DNA of 63,981 bases, filler included, from Gonapodya sp. JEL0774 (GCA_027604505.1; 4 parts of 4 records of this genome joined end to end with filler, not necessarily neighbours in it), one strand, 5' to 3'; numbered from the whole stretch's first letter, positions 1-13,600 are shown. Notes: generated by a model from the letters alone, not told the origin. Numbers and translations: made by a program.

Positions 1-380
1 TTTCACCGGTTTGAGATTTTCAGGTACTTACGTATCGAAAAAGTTGACACCGTGCTTCCATGCTTCTTCAATACATTGTGTGGCGACGTCTACACGAGGA
101 ATTCATTGGAATCCGACGAGAGTTGAACACGCCAAGAACTCTGAATTCAAAGCTTACCATCGCCGACTTGTTTACCGTATGTGACCCTACATCAACATGA
201 TCGACGGTTTTATGTCAATGGCAAGACGATAGGACATGAAACGGGGAAGGGAAAATGATGGAAGAGTCGAATGTCGGATCTGCTTCCGAAACCAGACGGA
301 ACATCGATCGCAACATACCATCCGCCCAGGGAGAGTGCACTAACGCGAACTCCAGCTTTACCGAGTCTACGGTATTCCAT
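1..380 (-). CDS. Aldo-keto reductase, Kv-beta/AKR6-like (5' exons; continues past window start)
   Basis: Exons 380-319, 186-158 and 89-32 joined at GT-AG introns give MEYRRLGKAGVRVSALSLGGWVTYGKQVGDDVATQCIEEAWKHGVNFFDT, the typical AKR6 N-terminus. Confidence 0.9.
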
Positions 381-496
381 TGGTAGTGATGATGCGGTTT
401 GCAAAGAAGGTTTCCAAACAGGGCCGTTTATTGAGCCAAGCACGTCGTCCACTTTCGAAATCACGTCATAATGGCCGAAAATATTAAGTTTCCTTT

Positions 497-1425
497 TTAT
501 TGTTTGAAATCGACAGCATTTGATTTTTCAACTTCAGGCTCAACTTTGCCTGCTGCAACTGCTTTCGCTTTCCCCAGGGGCATTGATCCCGTTCCCCCCG
601 CTTCCCTCTTCGCCTCCACCCACTTCCGCTTCACCTTCTCATACACGCATCGCTCCAGCGTGGTAGTGAGCCAGAAGTACGCGAATATAGCTATGACTCC
701 GAATGTCATAACGGAATAGAAGAGAACGTGGTTGTCGTACAAACCGCCGAGGACAAATGCTCCGTTGGCCAGCATGAGAATGATTCCGAGTCCACAGAGA
801 AGGAAGGGTGTATCACAAAGGTACCAATACTTGCTGATAAACCAACAGGCGTCGTCTGGGCCGAGGGTGTTGAGCTGCCGCATGGAACGATGTCTGCGGG
901 TCACCGAATACCAATACACATGCTGCGAGTAACACACAAATGGTAGAGTACTCACTTCACCATACAATGTTGCGCTCCATAATGTGGCGCTCAAGCAAAG
1001 CAAGAACGACATCACGACAAGTCCTCCACAGAGTGCCTTGCGGTCGATACCAAAGACGGTGGTCGCCAAAGAAGGATCGAAGCTGACTCCACTATTCGAT
1101 ACGAGATACTTCATGATATGGTGTAACGTAGTGTGTGAGGTTGGGCGAGAGGAAAGTTCATGAATCACGTTTCGGAGTAGTGCTCTGTCGACACGATATA
1201 ACGCTTCCCCGCAATGGGAACTTATCACTCACCGTGAATCCCGAAGTAAGACCAGCAACAGAGCACACTAGCTGCCAGTACTACGTGGACGGGTGTCCAG
1301 AAGATTTCATGGTGGGTTGGTCGCGTTTGTTCTCACTCATCAAATTTGGCGCGTACATTTTTGCATCTTTCCGAGAGCTCTGGACCGTCCAATGTATCAG
1401 CGAGCATGCGCCACTCGTAGAACAT
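497..1425 (-). CDS. Uncharacterised ~4-TM membrane protein (multi-exon)
   Basis: Manual splicing gives MFYEWRMLADTLDGPELSERCKN|YWQLVCSVAGLTSGFT|YLVSNSG...LVVMSFLLCLSATLWSATLYGE|LNTLGPDDACWF...; several hydrophobic helices; stop at 497. Confidence 0.6.
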
Positions 1426-2345
1426 CGTTTTAGTTTTGTGTGATCTCCGAGTACATACCGTCTTGTGCCCGAGCGCAAAACTGACGCTCCCGCCAGAGTG
1501 GAGCGGCAGGTGACCAGTACATCGATGATGATGAAACTCCTGTACTCAAGTATATTCACGAACACCCGACGTACACAATCCGATGGTTCAGCTTTCATTC
1601 AACGCAGTTAAACTCCGGCTTTGCATATTCGGAATATATGCGGCCCGTTTGTTGATTTTCCGTATAGATATTTGAGCCTCCGCGACACTGAGAACCGCAT
1701 GCACTCTATGACAAAATTGATTTTCAATGGATATGTGATATGTTTTCGTGACGCGGCATCCCGGGGGAAGGCGCTACGACATGTTTCCGTTCAAGGTGAG
1801 GGAGACGGTCATGTTCTTTACCCTTGCGGCGATGGACGAGTGTAAACAGTATTAGCGTTCCTTGTCCAGTTGAAATCTCACGTCATTTCCATTGTAAGGT
1901 GGTCCAATCTTATGTAATACAATTGAATGGACGGTTGGTTCAGAGACATCGGTTCTCGGATACGCGGGAAATCGATTCACACCAATGAAGTGATTCATGC
2001 AACCGTCCATACCATAAACGCATTTCATGACCAGGGTCTTTGAGTATTTTCGGGGATTGTTACGAAGGGGGGAATGGGCAACCCATTTGACCATATTGGG
2101 CAAGATTTGAAAAGGGCTGCCGCATTATCCCCAAAAGCGTCTTCAAACTTTGCTTTGACCGCTTTCAGTCATTCAAGAGAACAAGTTCAACGCAAAGTGT
2201 CGCGCAGATTCTCAATTTTCATTCTTCTTTCTATTGAAAACCGTAAGCTCCGCGTTCCTCTCCCTCGGGCGGCCGGCTCGGATTCGTTCCTCCTCACTTG
2301 ACAATCACCCCGACAGCTGTCGCCCTTTGAAAGCTCCTCGGTGGA

Positions 2346-3893
2346 ATGCTCAGCCCTACTTCTGACGACACCGGCAACATGCGCGGACAGCACATCGAAG
2401 TCGTAGAGTCCCTGGTCCGTCTGGCTGGGGACATCGGCGTCTCGAACTGGGACGAAGTTCGCGCGGCGCTGGATTCGGTCAAGGTAGCTGCCGGGACACG
2501 TCGCTTCGAAGAGAGAGCGAGAACAGTAGAAATTCAACTACGCGACCTTGCTGCAAGAGGTGTAGCGCAGGATCGCGGAGCCGAAAACAGAAATCAAACG
2601 GTGAGCGTTTGATGACAGTCACCAGGCATCTTGCCATGATCCAAAGTACTGGTTCAGCGGAAATGAAATTTTTGAGGCCAATTTTATTCAATGATCTATT
2701 TTTCCCAGAGCTCCGAGAAGCCCTCGGCGACTTCTCCCGTGCTAGAGTCTCGCCCGCCTCTCATAGCCAGACGCTCCATGTCTCTATCGGGACTCGCTCA
2801 CGTGAGCACTGGGGGGTCTGCACGCCCTGCTCTCCCTCGCATCGAGATTCCTGTGCCTGGTTCTCAGAATACAACTCAAGACCGACCAGAACTGACAACA
2901 CCTACCAATGCGTATCCAGAGCCCTCTGCACTACAACTGGTCACTCCGGTCCTTCAGCGCATCCCAGATCGCACTTCGCTGCCTCCCCTCCCGCCACGTG
3001 GACGAGGGCCTCGCTCTCGAGAGTTATCTCCTCCCCGATACCTGGCAGAGCCGGTGATTCGCAATCGCAACAACAATCGCAGCAACGACCAAGTCCACGT
3101 TCGAGAGTATGCAGCAATTCCCCCACTTCCTACTTTCGAAGGGACTTCAACCTCTGCGAGCAACGAATCTCGACCTCAAAGTCACCCTCACTTGGCAAAT
3201 CATCCACCTCTCCCGGTTCTACCCACGCTACCTCAGCATCAACCAGTCCTACCAGGGTCTCTCCTACAACTCCAAGCTCATGAAGCCGCCAACATGCAGT
3301 CTCGCCTTCCGAGCGGGTTTCGCCTCGTCCGTGTTGGCACTGGAGCCAGCGGGTCACTCTCTGGTTGGCCACCATTGTCTCCCATATGGGCAACTGAACA
3401 GGACAGCAACGACTCAAACGTGTACCCGTACGCGTCTCTCTGGGGTCCTTCGCGGTCAACTTCCCTTCCGTCTGGCTTGCACCAGATCAGGGGAAGGTCC
3501 CCTGGTCCCGCACCTTCAAGCACCCCAAACAATGTGAACGGGTCAAGTCAAACTGCGCAGCAAATTCACGCAACCCTGTCAACTAATACGGTCCAGCACC
3601 GGCTTTTGAGCTCAACTCCTCCGATGGCTCCCGCGGCGGAATCGGATTCCGAATACGAGGACGATGAGCTCGGTGGTTCCAGTAACACCAGTCGCTCAAA
3701 CGGGAGCAGAGTCGCAAGACGATCTAGGTCACGTGGACGTGTCGACCCTCTCGCGGCTGGAAGGGCGCATAGGGCTCAGGGATCATCTGACACGGGGAGC
3801 GAAGGTGTGTCCCGGCAACTCCTCAACGGATTCTCTGGGATGCGGCCGCTGTTTCCGAGGATGCGCGGTGGGCATTTGCAAAGCGATATTTAG
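2346..3893 (+). CDS. Uncharacterised protein: helical N-terminus plus Pro/Ser/Arg-rich disordered tail
   Basis: Exons 2346-2600 and 2709-3893 are joined by a phase-0 GTGAGC...CAG intron. Confidence 0.65.
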
Positions 3894-4323
3894 AGACAAG
3901 GGCGATGGACTTCGCTCCGGCGACTGTGAAATCTTTTGAAAGGGCGGCGAAGTAGTGTTCTTGTCCGGTGCGACACTCTGGTTCTCAGAGATCCTTTGAA
4001 TAGCTTCGGATGGTATACTTTTAGGGATGCTATTTTTGACGCATTCGTACTGGTACTAGAAATTTTCTATTTGCGAGGTATCTTGGTTTGTGTTAGATTT
4101 GTACTCCCCGAGACTTTTGCCTTGTTCCCTCTTCCCCCTTCCACAATCCATACCAAGAGGAACATTTGTAGTACAATGAAGTGATTACTTTTGCCAAAGA
4201 TTTTACTTAATTCCCATTCGTGATTCAATGCGCTAACTCTGCCTCTACCTATTAATGACGCAAAGGTTCATCACCACCACCACTTTCAAAGTGGAGGATA
4301 CAAATAAGCGACTAGAACTATAA

Positions 4324-7300
4324 TTAATGTGAAGATTCTCCACTTGTCAGCACGCCTGACAGCTTCTCATATGCTTGGGCAGTGAGAAGCCCTTGCTTGA
4401 GCAGCTCATCTAGAGTTTTCATCGGAACTAAGTAGACGAACGGAACATCGAAATTAGCAACCGACCAACGTGAACGGTTGCACATGTGGCACGAATACGT
4501 ACTCTGAATGCTTCGAATCGGCTCTTTGACAGTCCCTTGGGTTTGCAAAGTCGTGCCTATCCGAACGCTTTCTCTTCTGTCAGGTATTGATGAACCCAGA
4601 AGACTTTCTGCTTTGGTGTTTGGTCGGCTCGCACTCGACAGGATACTCGCTGGACGGCCTATGGTACTGTTTCTGTGCACTGCGATCTGAGCTGCGGGTG
4701 GTCGATCGGCGGTATGCGCTGTCCCTGGAGAGTTCAATGGCGGCTGTGATGCTTGGCTTGTTGTGGGGAACAAAGCCGTCGGGGTGCGCTCAGCAGGTAT
4801 TTCGGAGATTTCGCCACCGAAGCCTCCAGACGGAGAAGTCACGTTTGTGGCGTCATTCAAGATCCCCATCATACTTGAGGTGACCGTACGACCAGGTATG
4901 GTCACTGTCGGAGAGGCTCGTGTTCCCGCAGGTGTAGTTTCGCCTTCTACCTGTTTTGGGGAGCCCTCCCGATATCCCCGAACGTCAAACCAAACCGAGG
5001 TAGGTCCCTGCGTCGCATCCATCACTGCTCGAGCGGTGGGTTCGTTCTGGACGTTCAGATTTGTTCCATCTTCTACAGGCATGAGTGTGTCGACTGGAAC
5101 CATGCCCTTGTCGGTTGTATTGATGTTGATGGCTTCCGACCACCCATCTTCGAAAATGCGCTCTATGTAGAACACACGTCCACGTTCAACCACGAGCTCA
5201 TCCACATGTTGCGGGAAATAGTCTGATCTGCAAAGTGAAGACAAAGGTAAGCCAATAAGATCCTGCCAAACCAATTGGAAACCCGAAAACACCCACATGC
5301 CGATAAATACCCGATTGACGTACACACCCATGCCTGATCCAGCAACACCACCATAGTACACAAACGCAGGATGAGGTCCCGATCTGCTGATGTCGTTCAG
5401 AACCTGTCCATCGACAAATTGATCGTGCGTAGGAACAGCAAACTCCGGGATCTGAGTCATCACACGGAGATTCGAGGTCGGTTGATCTCTTAATCCAATG
5501 GCAGATACGTTTGCAAATTCACTATGCGCAAAGCTCTCTTCTGTTCCATATGAGCTTCGCGGTGCAACTCCATATTGGTGGGATATAGGGAGCATAGTAG
5601 TTCCCGTTATAGACTCTTCCGTCTCATTGAATCCGATGGAGCTTGGATACTTCAATAAGCCTTTCTTCGAGTTGAGTTCGAAAGCTTCATTCGCGAGGAG
5701 GTTCTGTTGCGATCCTGGTGTAAGGTGCTCAATAGTCCTAACATGTGTTGCATCAACACTCTGACGCCGACGATAGAGTACTATGCCAGTAATAGCAGCG
5801 AGAAGTACAGCTCCACCAGCTCCTGCAGCGGCGTAAATTATGATGGGTCGTGCGGAGCTCGAGCTCTCAGAGGTACTGGAGTCTCTGAAGTAAGTCAATA
5901 CGGAAATCATTGGTCGCAAGTCCACATCCTCCCACACACAGATACCCACGTAACACTCCAACTTCCCGATGAGCATGTTCCAAGGCCAACAACCGCTCCC
6001 ACTCCATCCCCAGTCAACGGTGTGAGGCAGCTCCCGAAACGACCATTCACGATGTTGGATCCAGATCCAGTAACGGATACTACCTGCCAAGCTTGGGCAT
6101 CTCCACTGGAGTCTTGTCGCTTGTTGATGGCAGCGGTGCTGGATTGTCCGCACGTTGTCAACAACACCGTTCCGCTGCTGAACCCCGTCAAACACGATCC
6201 GTCATTGACAAGCTGAAACCCAGCAGCACAGGTCGAACTACCGTCTGAGCACTTCTGCCGATATTTCTGTACAGCGCTGCCGGCGAGACGGCAGGCCGTT
6301 TCGTTACATTTCAAAAAGGTCTGACTTGCTCCTCCGTACGTGAGATAGAATGGATTAGGATACAAAGTGCTACCCTGCGTAGACGCTGAAGTCGATGAGG
6401 TCACTTGAGATACGGTCCCTGAGCTTGCCGAACTTGAGTTCGATCCAGTGGTTGTGGTTTTCTTGGCGGACTTCGTGGTTGAAGATTTGATTGTGGATGT
6501 GAGCGTAAACGGGCACTTGTCGAGACATCCGTACGTTGTTCCGCAGTCAATGAATCCAGCCTTCACACGATGAGATAACATATCGCTCAGAAGATCCTTA
6601 TTGGAAAAACACTAGCATGTCAGCAGAACCTACCGCACAGCCCAGAACACAACCACCATTGACACAAGCCCACGTCTTATTACTCCCAGCTGGTAAGCTT
6701 CCGCTGCACGTAAATCCACAAGTCCCACAATTTGCGGTATCGTTTTGGAGGTTGGTGCAAACACCGGAACAAATTGGAAGGAACTGAGGGCAGTTTTGAA
6801 CGCACTTCCCAGAGATGCAGTTTGCAAATCCGCCCGTTGGAGCATCACAAAAGCGAGAACAAGCACCACACTTATAGAATAAGTAGCGAATGTTGATGAA
6901 TCGATCCGATTGACAATGCGCTCACGAATTTTTTTGGACTCACATTATTGGCATCTGTCGTCAAGTTCACACACTGCGTTCCACACCTGGTTTGCGCACA
7001 TCCACCAACCTCCGCGCAGATTCCAGCCTGGCAGACGGCCGTTCCACCATACTGGGCCTGACACACGGTCCCACATTTGCCGCAGTTGTTCACATCACTA
7101 GAGAGATCATTGCATCGGTACGAAGCACAAAGTGTGGTGTTGGTTGAGCACTGCGCGGTGCACACGCCGTTAGAGCAGACAGTGGTACCCAAGGCAGTGG
7201 AAGGGCATGTTCCTGAGCACTGGCCGCACTATCCGCGTCATTCCGTGAGATGTGACGAAATATAAGGAGGGTCAAAAGCTGCGCTCACTACTGCCTCCAG

Positions 7301-8367
7301 CCACACCTACGTTGCTGGCATCCGTTTGAGTATTGACACATGTTCCGTTGCAAGAAGTCAGACCACTTGTGCACGTTGCTTGAAACCAATGGAAGGAAGT
7401 CGATAATGCAAGCTCAAAATCAAGTCCATCGGATCATACACACGAGTGATGGTGCATGTGCCTGCGGAGCAGGTGCCGGCGCAGTTGGATGCGCACTTTC
7501 CGCACTTCAGTCGAAAGTGATGGAACGGGAAATTTTCGAAAACCCCGTCGACATATTCACAATGGCGAAGGTTACTCACATTCCCCGTATCCGTTGCCAA
7601 GTCTACACATCCCGTGGAGCAACATGTCCTCCTGTTGTTGCATATTCGAATACTGACCGAATAGCTTCAACGAATAATGAGCAACTACTCACCCACTTGC
7701 ACAATACGTGGACGTTGATCCAACAACGCAGCATGTTGTACCCGATGGTATGCACGCACTGCCACATATTTGTTCGGAGGACGTGCAATTCGGTGTCGTA
7801 GCTGCTTGACGTGGCACGAGAGAGTAATGGTGCATGGAAGGACGGAAAAGATAGGATGCAGGAATTTCGGTGTAAGACCGGGTTCGCTTATCAACGGGAA
7901 TGTCGACAAATTCGAGATCTTGGTTTTCATTGGATGATCTTGGCTTGGATGCGATTAAGTCAGAGCGGTGGAGGGCAACAGCGGGAACTATTGCGGGAGT
8001 AGAAACTACACCACCGATTGAATTTGAGGGCATTGTCGAACAGAGCGACTTGTGGAAGACACCTACTCGTAATCATGAGAACGAAAATTAACACCACTAC
8101 GTTGTTGAGTTTGGTAATGTTTCTTCCAGTACGGGATTGTCCGCAAATGAGCCTCTGACTAACACTCGAACTCGCTGCAACTCCAGAGCCATTGAGCGTC
8201 CGATGCTCGACGGAGCATTGGGATTTCATTGATGGTTCTGGCGTCCTCGAGGTTGAAGTCGAGATGATCCGGTCGGAAAGGTAGTTTGCGCGTTCACCCC
8301 GATCAGGATCCACCGGCCCGTAAGTCATCGTCTGCGATCTTGTACGTAACATCACGCGACGGTCCAC
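4324..8367 (-). CDS. Single-pass receptor-like protein: Cys-rich (Stig1-like) repeats, ricin-B-like domain, TM, SH3, C-terminal SHOCT-like motif
   Basis: Spliced frame contains five D-x-x-N-C-G-x-C repeats, a S/T linker, a CLT...QAW...CLT lectin-like segment, TM IIIYAAAGAGGAVLLAAITGIVLY followed by RRRQ, SH3 DYFPQHVDEL...EDGW...GMVP and the tail LDELLKQGLLTAQAYEKL. Start uncertain (8033 or further upstream to ~8367). Confidence 0.75.
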
Positions 8368-8784
8368 GTCCTTAGCCGAGGCTTGGTCGTCTCCTCTGGA
8401 AGAATCAAGCGCGACTAATTCGTTGAATGCAACAGAGCGCTCCCAAGGAACTCGGGGCTCGATGCGGTGGCCAGAAAGTCCACCTTCGCAAAGTCAAGTA
8501 TTCCGATTGCACGTTCTCGTCGAGGATTGGTATTCACGTGGAGGCGTGGAACGGGCTCTTGTGGGTGGTGGTACCGGATGGTGCCCCTGCGGCAGGGGAA
8601 GGTGGTTGTTCGCCTAGGAGATCCATTCTTGTCGGGCTAAAGCACATCCTAAACATCATCGACTGAGGATATATCGATCTCGATACAGTTATGAACTATC
8701 ACTATTTTGCCCATGGGTCGAGACATAAAATTTGTCCCTGATCACAGTCCGACAGAACAATGATGAGATACAGCTCTGGAATTC

Positions 8785-11066
8785 TCAACGCTCGGTCTTC
8801 ACAATCACGTTTGGCGCTTCCGAGACCGAATGGCGTGGAAAGGAGTCCATTCCTGTACTGCCCTCTTCCGCCTCCAATTGGTTAATAGGTTTGTTGCGTC
8901 TCACCTCACTATCCCCTCCAGAAACACCTTTCGGAGGATGTGCGTCCAAGTTCATTCGGTCACTTTCCATGACAAAGTCCTCCTTCCTGGCTCCGACTGG
9001 AACAGAAGTGAACTGCAAAGCCGCATCCATTTCTGCACTTGTGATTGATAGGAATGAGCGTGAATTTTTGTTCCCAATATTTGATGAACTCATCATCTTT
9101 TCCCAAAATATTGTTTGATCAGCGGTTAGCTGCACAAAGGCTCGCGCCTCCCCGATCTTTGCAACAAGTTCCGGAAACTCAGATGTGACCCTTGATACAC
9201 GCAACCGAACTTCTCGGATATTGCGAATCTTCAAATTAAGACTGCTCTTCCGGGAGAACTTGTTTTCTGCAACCATGGCCCTGCGTCGAGCATCCGAGGC
9301 GAACAAGTCCTTGAGTCCAACCAACACACCCAAATGCTCCTGACCAAGCGCAGTTCCTGCGAAGTCCATTCGAAGACAATCATGTACTTCAATCACTTGT
9401 TGTATTTTTTGCGCCCGAGAATCATTCCGATTCTTGTGCTGCGGTGAAGGAAACTGCGGCCGAAGGAAAGCGGCAAGCTGTGCTGAAAAAGTCTTGGCTC
9501 TGTGTTCCATCGGCTTACGAAGTCTCCTGGCACTAGAAACATCAGTGAATGCCAATTCTGTTCCAGGCTCTGAGGGGCTTGATGCTGCAGCTGTTGGTTC
9601 CCTCTTGCTTATGTTTTGGTCCTCGTCGTCACCGGAGATATTTTCGGCCGCCCAAGCTGCCTCCAGCTCTCCAACCCGACACGTCATGACAGATCGGTGG
9701 ACACCATCTGAGCAAGCGCCTCTCATTCTCCTCCAGAAACAGTTGCGGTTCTTTGTCAGTTCAACAAACGCGCCAGCTTTGCCCAGCCGACTAACCAGGT
9801 TGGATGAATTGGCAACTGTTTGATCAATGAGCGATTGGATGAAGCGAAACATTTCTATCTTGTACCTGAGGTCACCGGCGACGTTCAACTTTTTGGTGAG
9901 CTCCATGCAAGCATTATATCTGTTTGTGGATTCCCACAGACCCGCGATTCCGATGACCTGACCTAAAGGCTCACCGCCGATTTCCAATTTCTCAAAATTC
10001 ATGGGCAAGCTTTCGAGGCATCGTATGAGCTCCTGGACCTGGCATACTCGAAACACTGTCACATCCTGAATAGAATAGTTGAAAGCAGGGATGCCACGGA
10101 GGAATCCACGTAATATGCTGACAAATCTCGATTTCCCGGATTTGCTAGCTGTGATAGATCGAGCACGTCGGTGGGAAACGCGATTTTGGTGAGTTCGAAT
10201 AGGGCCACCACCACCTTTCGGCGATGGGAGTGGCAGAGTGGGAACACCACGTCTGAGTAAGCGATTGCGGGGCGGCTCCATGGACAAATCAACTTCCAAA
10301 TTTGCGCGAGAACGCCTGGATGGACAATCGAGGTTGCTAATGGCTTCGATAGAAGTCCTCAATGCCACGTTTCCTCCGATATTCGCAGACGATCCTCGGT
10401 CGGTCTGAGCGTTCGTGCAGTCAGACTGTAGTTTCGGGGGAGCTGTTGGTACCGAATGGGAGTTTGAGGCCGGGAGGAGATCGCTGGAAGCAGTTCTGCT
10501 GGGTCGCGCGCTGTAGTTCATGAATTCGTGATCAAGGCACCCAAAGCCATTTAGTTCGCTGCAGGATTCAAGTGGATCATATTTAGAGAATCGAAACTGC
10601 AGATCCGAAAGAACATCACAGCAACTCACGTGGTGTGAATTCGTTCAAATGGACTCTGTCGCAGATTTCCAGAGCGGGTCATCAGGGAAGCGTGAGGCCC
10701 AGAGGTGCCACCGACTCCACGCGCATGGGTCGAAGTGGGGTTGTTGGCCGACAGGAGCGGATAGTGTGGAGAGTCTCCCAGAGTTGCCACATCACTGAAG
10801 TCACTCTGCGGCTTTCCAACTTCAGCATCGATCTGCGGAGCAACCATGAATGTCACTAAACACGTCTCATCATTCCCACTTTCAATTTTCGCTGCGGTAT
10901 TCAGAGACGCCGGTTTTGAATTCGTAGATTCCCTGCTGAGGACTTGCGCGTCCGCATTGCGGCGTACTGTGGGAGCTTGTAGAAGGGGCGAGGCTTGTAC
11001 TGGCTCAACAATTGAGTCGATGTGAATGTTTCGGATTTCGATCTCTTCATCTTTATAGCTTGACAA
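8785..11066 (-). CDS. Uncharacterised protein with two copies of a ~110-aa helical domain
   Basis: Exon 11066-10630 (GTGAGT donor) joins exon 10558-8785 in phase 2; long open frame with an internal duplication. Confidence 0.7.
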
Positions 11067-11603
11067 AAACGACGAGAATGAAGATGAATTGGGTGAAACC
11101 TATAAAAACAAGTCCATAGACCGTCCCGACTCACTCCAGCAAACCAAGGGCAATAGTGCGAGCTTTCAACACGATGTCCGGCAAGAGGATCGCATCGAAT
11201 CGGCTTGTAGATGTTAAACGATCAGGAAACGCATCAATACAGCTCCGAATAAAGTCCTGTGCAGGAACCGCACTGGCTTAAGTGGGTTCATACGTTTCTT
11301 GTCATTCGATTGTTGACTCCTCACCTCCCAAGAAGCCGGCTTGCCAATCAATTCGTAAAAGTTGTCTCCTTCAATGCGAACTTTAAGCCTGCCTCGACTA
11401 CTGCCACTCATGGATTTGTAAGTGTGATGCTCTTGGGACGGCACGATCGGCATGTTTGACACACACCCTTGCCCAGAGTGAAGAACATGTGAACCCCAAT
11501 TTTTCGATTGATTTCCCCAGCCTTTGAGGGACAAAAGTCTATTTGTTTATAGATTGCAGCACGGAAGTATCCAATAGCGACACTACAGTCATCACTTCGA
11601 AAG

Positions 11604-13404
11604 ATGACGAACGCGACAGGACAAAGCTCTGGTTCGGTTGAAATGATGCGAGCAGTCTGGACACAGAAGCAAAACGAAACCCGCTCAAAACTTGAGTTGT
11701 CGGACCGACTCGACTTTCGAGTTGTCGTGAATCCAATCGCTGTTCCGGCTGTCGCATCGAATTATTCCACTCGCCCCGCTGATTCTCCACCCGACTCACC
11801 ACTCACACTGACCTCTGCATTCCTCATCTCCCGTGGAAGTACTTCCAGCTTCGCATACTCTTTCCCCGGGCTGCGGTACGTCGGTGGAGTAGACATCGGT
11901 TTTGATCATGAGCAGGATCGTGGATCAACCGGGCCGAGCCCTCAAGGAGAGGCGGACGAAGCTGCACCTCAAGGTGCAGTGGCGGTCGCCGTCTTGGTCG
12001 TTATGGAGGTGCTTCCGGATGGAAGTTTGGAGGTGGTGTACTCCGATAAGGAAGAAGGTGAGAATTGCGATACTGACGGAATGTAATCTCTGATATATCC
12101 ATATAGTGGGGGCTCATGAGATTGGTGTGAGAGACGAATGATGCACGAAATTGAGAGGCGAAGGACATACGTACTCGAGCTAAGACACCAGAGAACATAC
12201 TGAGAGGATCCGTGTGGACTTGCCAAAGCATCGTTCGGGGGCCATTTCTCTCCTTTATTGACCCACGAGAGACAGGGTACCTCCACCGCCGGTGTTCCAT
12301 ACACCGAGCTTCATAGGTGGAATGAACAGATACTCCCTGCCAGCAGAACATGTGACCTCCGAGAGTCATCAAAGTATCCTCTTACTGATACGTTCTCACA
12401 CCGACAGGCCACCTCGCACTCCCCTATATTCCTACCTTCCTCGCCTTCCGTGAAATCCCTCTCCTCCTGCCACTGTTCCAGCGATTGCGGACTCACCCGT
12501 CTCAGTCCCACTTGTTCCCCCAACTCGTGCTCGTAGACGGCCAAGGCACGTTCCATCCGCGGATGTGCGGACTGGCGAGTCAGCTCGGAGTGGAACTGGA
12601 CGTGCCGTGTGTCGGAGTGGGGAAGAACTTCTTGTGGATTGAGAACGAGGATATGGAGGAGTACGGAGTCAAGGAAGCGGTGAGGGAGCTGAGAAATCAG
12701 GGAGGTGGCCCAAATACCATGAAGGGGGTGGGTCCACTCCCTGGAATTGGCACTGGCGTGAAGGGTGTTGCGAGTACAGCTACAGAAGCACGTTCTACTA
12801 CTTCGGCGGTTGTTGAAAGTGCCACTGGAGGAGCTCCAGGTCGCAGGGCCGGCGTGCCGGGTACATGCATGGGGAAGGCGATGGGACTGCTGAGGGCACA
12901 TGATGCAGGGGATCGGACGGCTGCAGCAAGTGGCCTAGTGATCTGTCCCTCCGTCGCGACACCAACACCTTCGCCACACTTGTCATACGCCTCAATCGCA
13001 CGTGCAGCTGGCTCTGCGGTAGCTCCCATCCGCAACCCTGCTGCTGTGGCGTCGCATTCCACGTTGGGTGACTTCTACCCTCTGATCGGCGCCTCTGGTG
13101 CCGTGTATGGATCCGTGAGTATTGTACCCTGTTCCACTTTAAACCGTCATCCACGAACTTCAACACTGAACCCCCTCCTGCATCTCGAAAACAGGCCCTT
13201 CTCCCAACTGCCCAGACATCCAATCCGATCTACGTCAGCCCGGGCCACCGAATCAGTGCACTGACGGCTCTCTTGGTAGTCAAGTGGCTCTCCAAGGTAC
13301 GTGTTCCAGAGCCTGTGCGGTGGGCAGATAAGATCGGACGAAAGCGAATCGCGGAACTTAAAGTGGAGCGGGAACGGGGACAGACACGGGCAGGTGGTAG
13401 TTGA
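11604..13404 (+). CDS. ENDOV: Endonuclease V (inosine-specific nuclease)
   Basis: Exons 11604-12057, 12408-13114 and 13195-13404; motifs YVGGVDIGF, PYIPTFLAFRE, LVDGQGTFHPRMCGLA, PCVGVGKN, PIYVSPGHRIS, RVPEPVRWAD. Confidence 0.95.
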
Positions 13405-13600
13405 GCCGGAGTTTAGATATAGCAATCTTATGGGCATTGTAAAGTACCTTCCACCGTATGTATTCCAACATTGATGTACTCGGGACAAGGGTACCGGGAC
13501 TGTGCACTCTGGCCGCAGTAACCACGACAGTTAGCTCCCTCGCCCAGCACTCACTCTCTGTCTAGACTGTTACCTCACACACAACAGCCCCACAACAGTC

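Noticed and set aside
10626..10629. Apparent overlapping stop/start (GTGA) suggesting translational coupling
   Set aside because: It is a GTGAGT splice donor within one gene.
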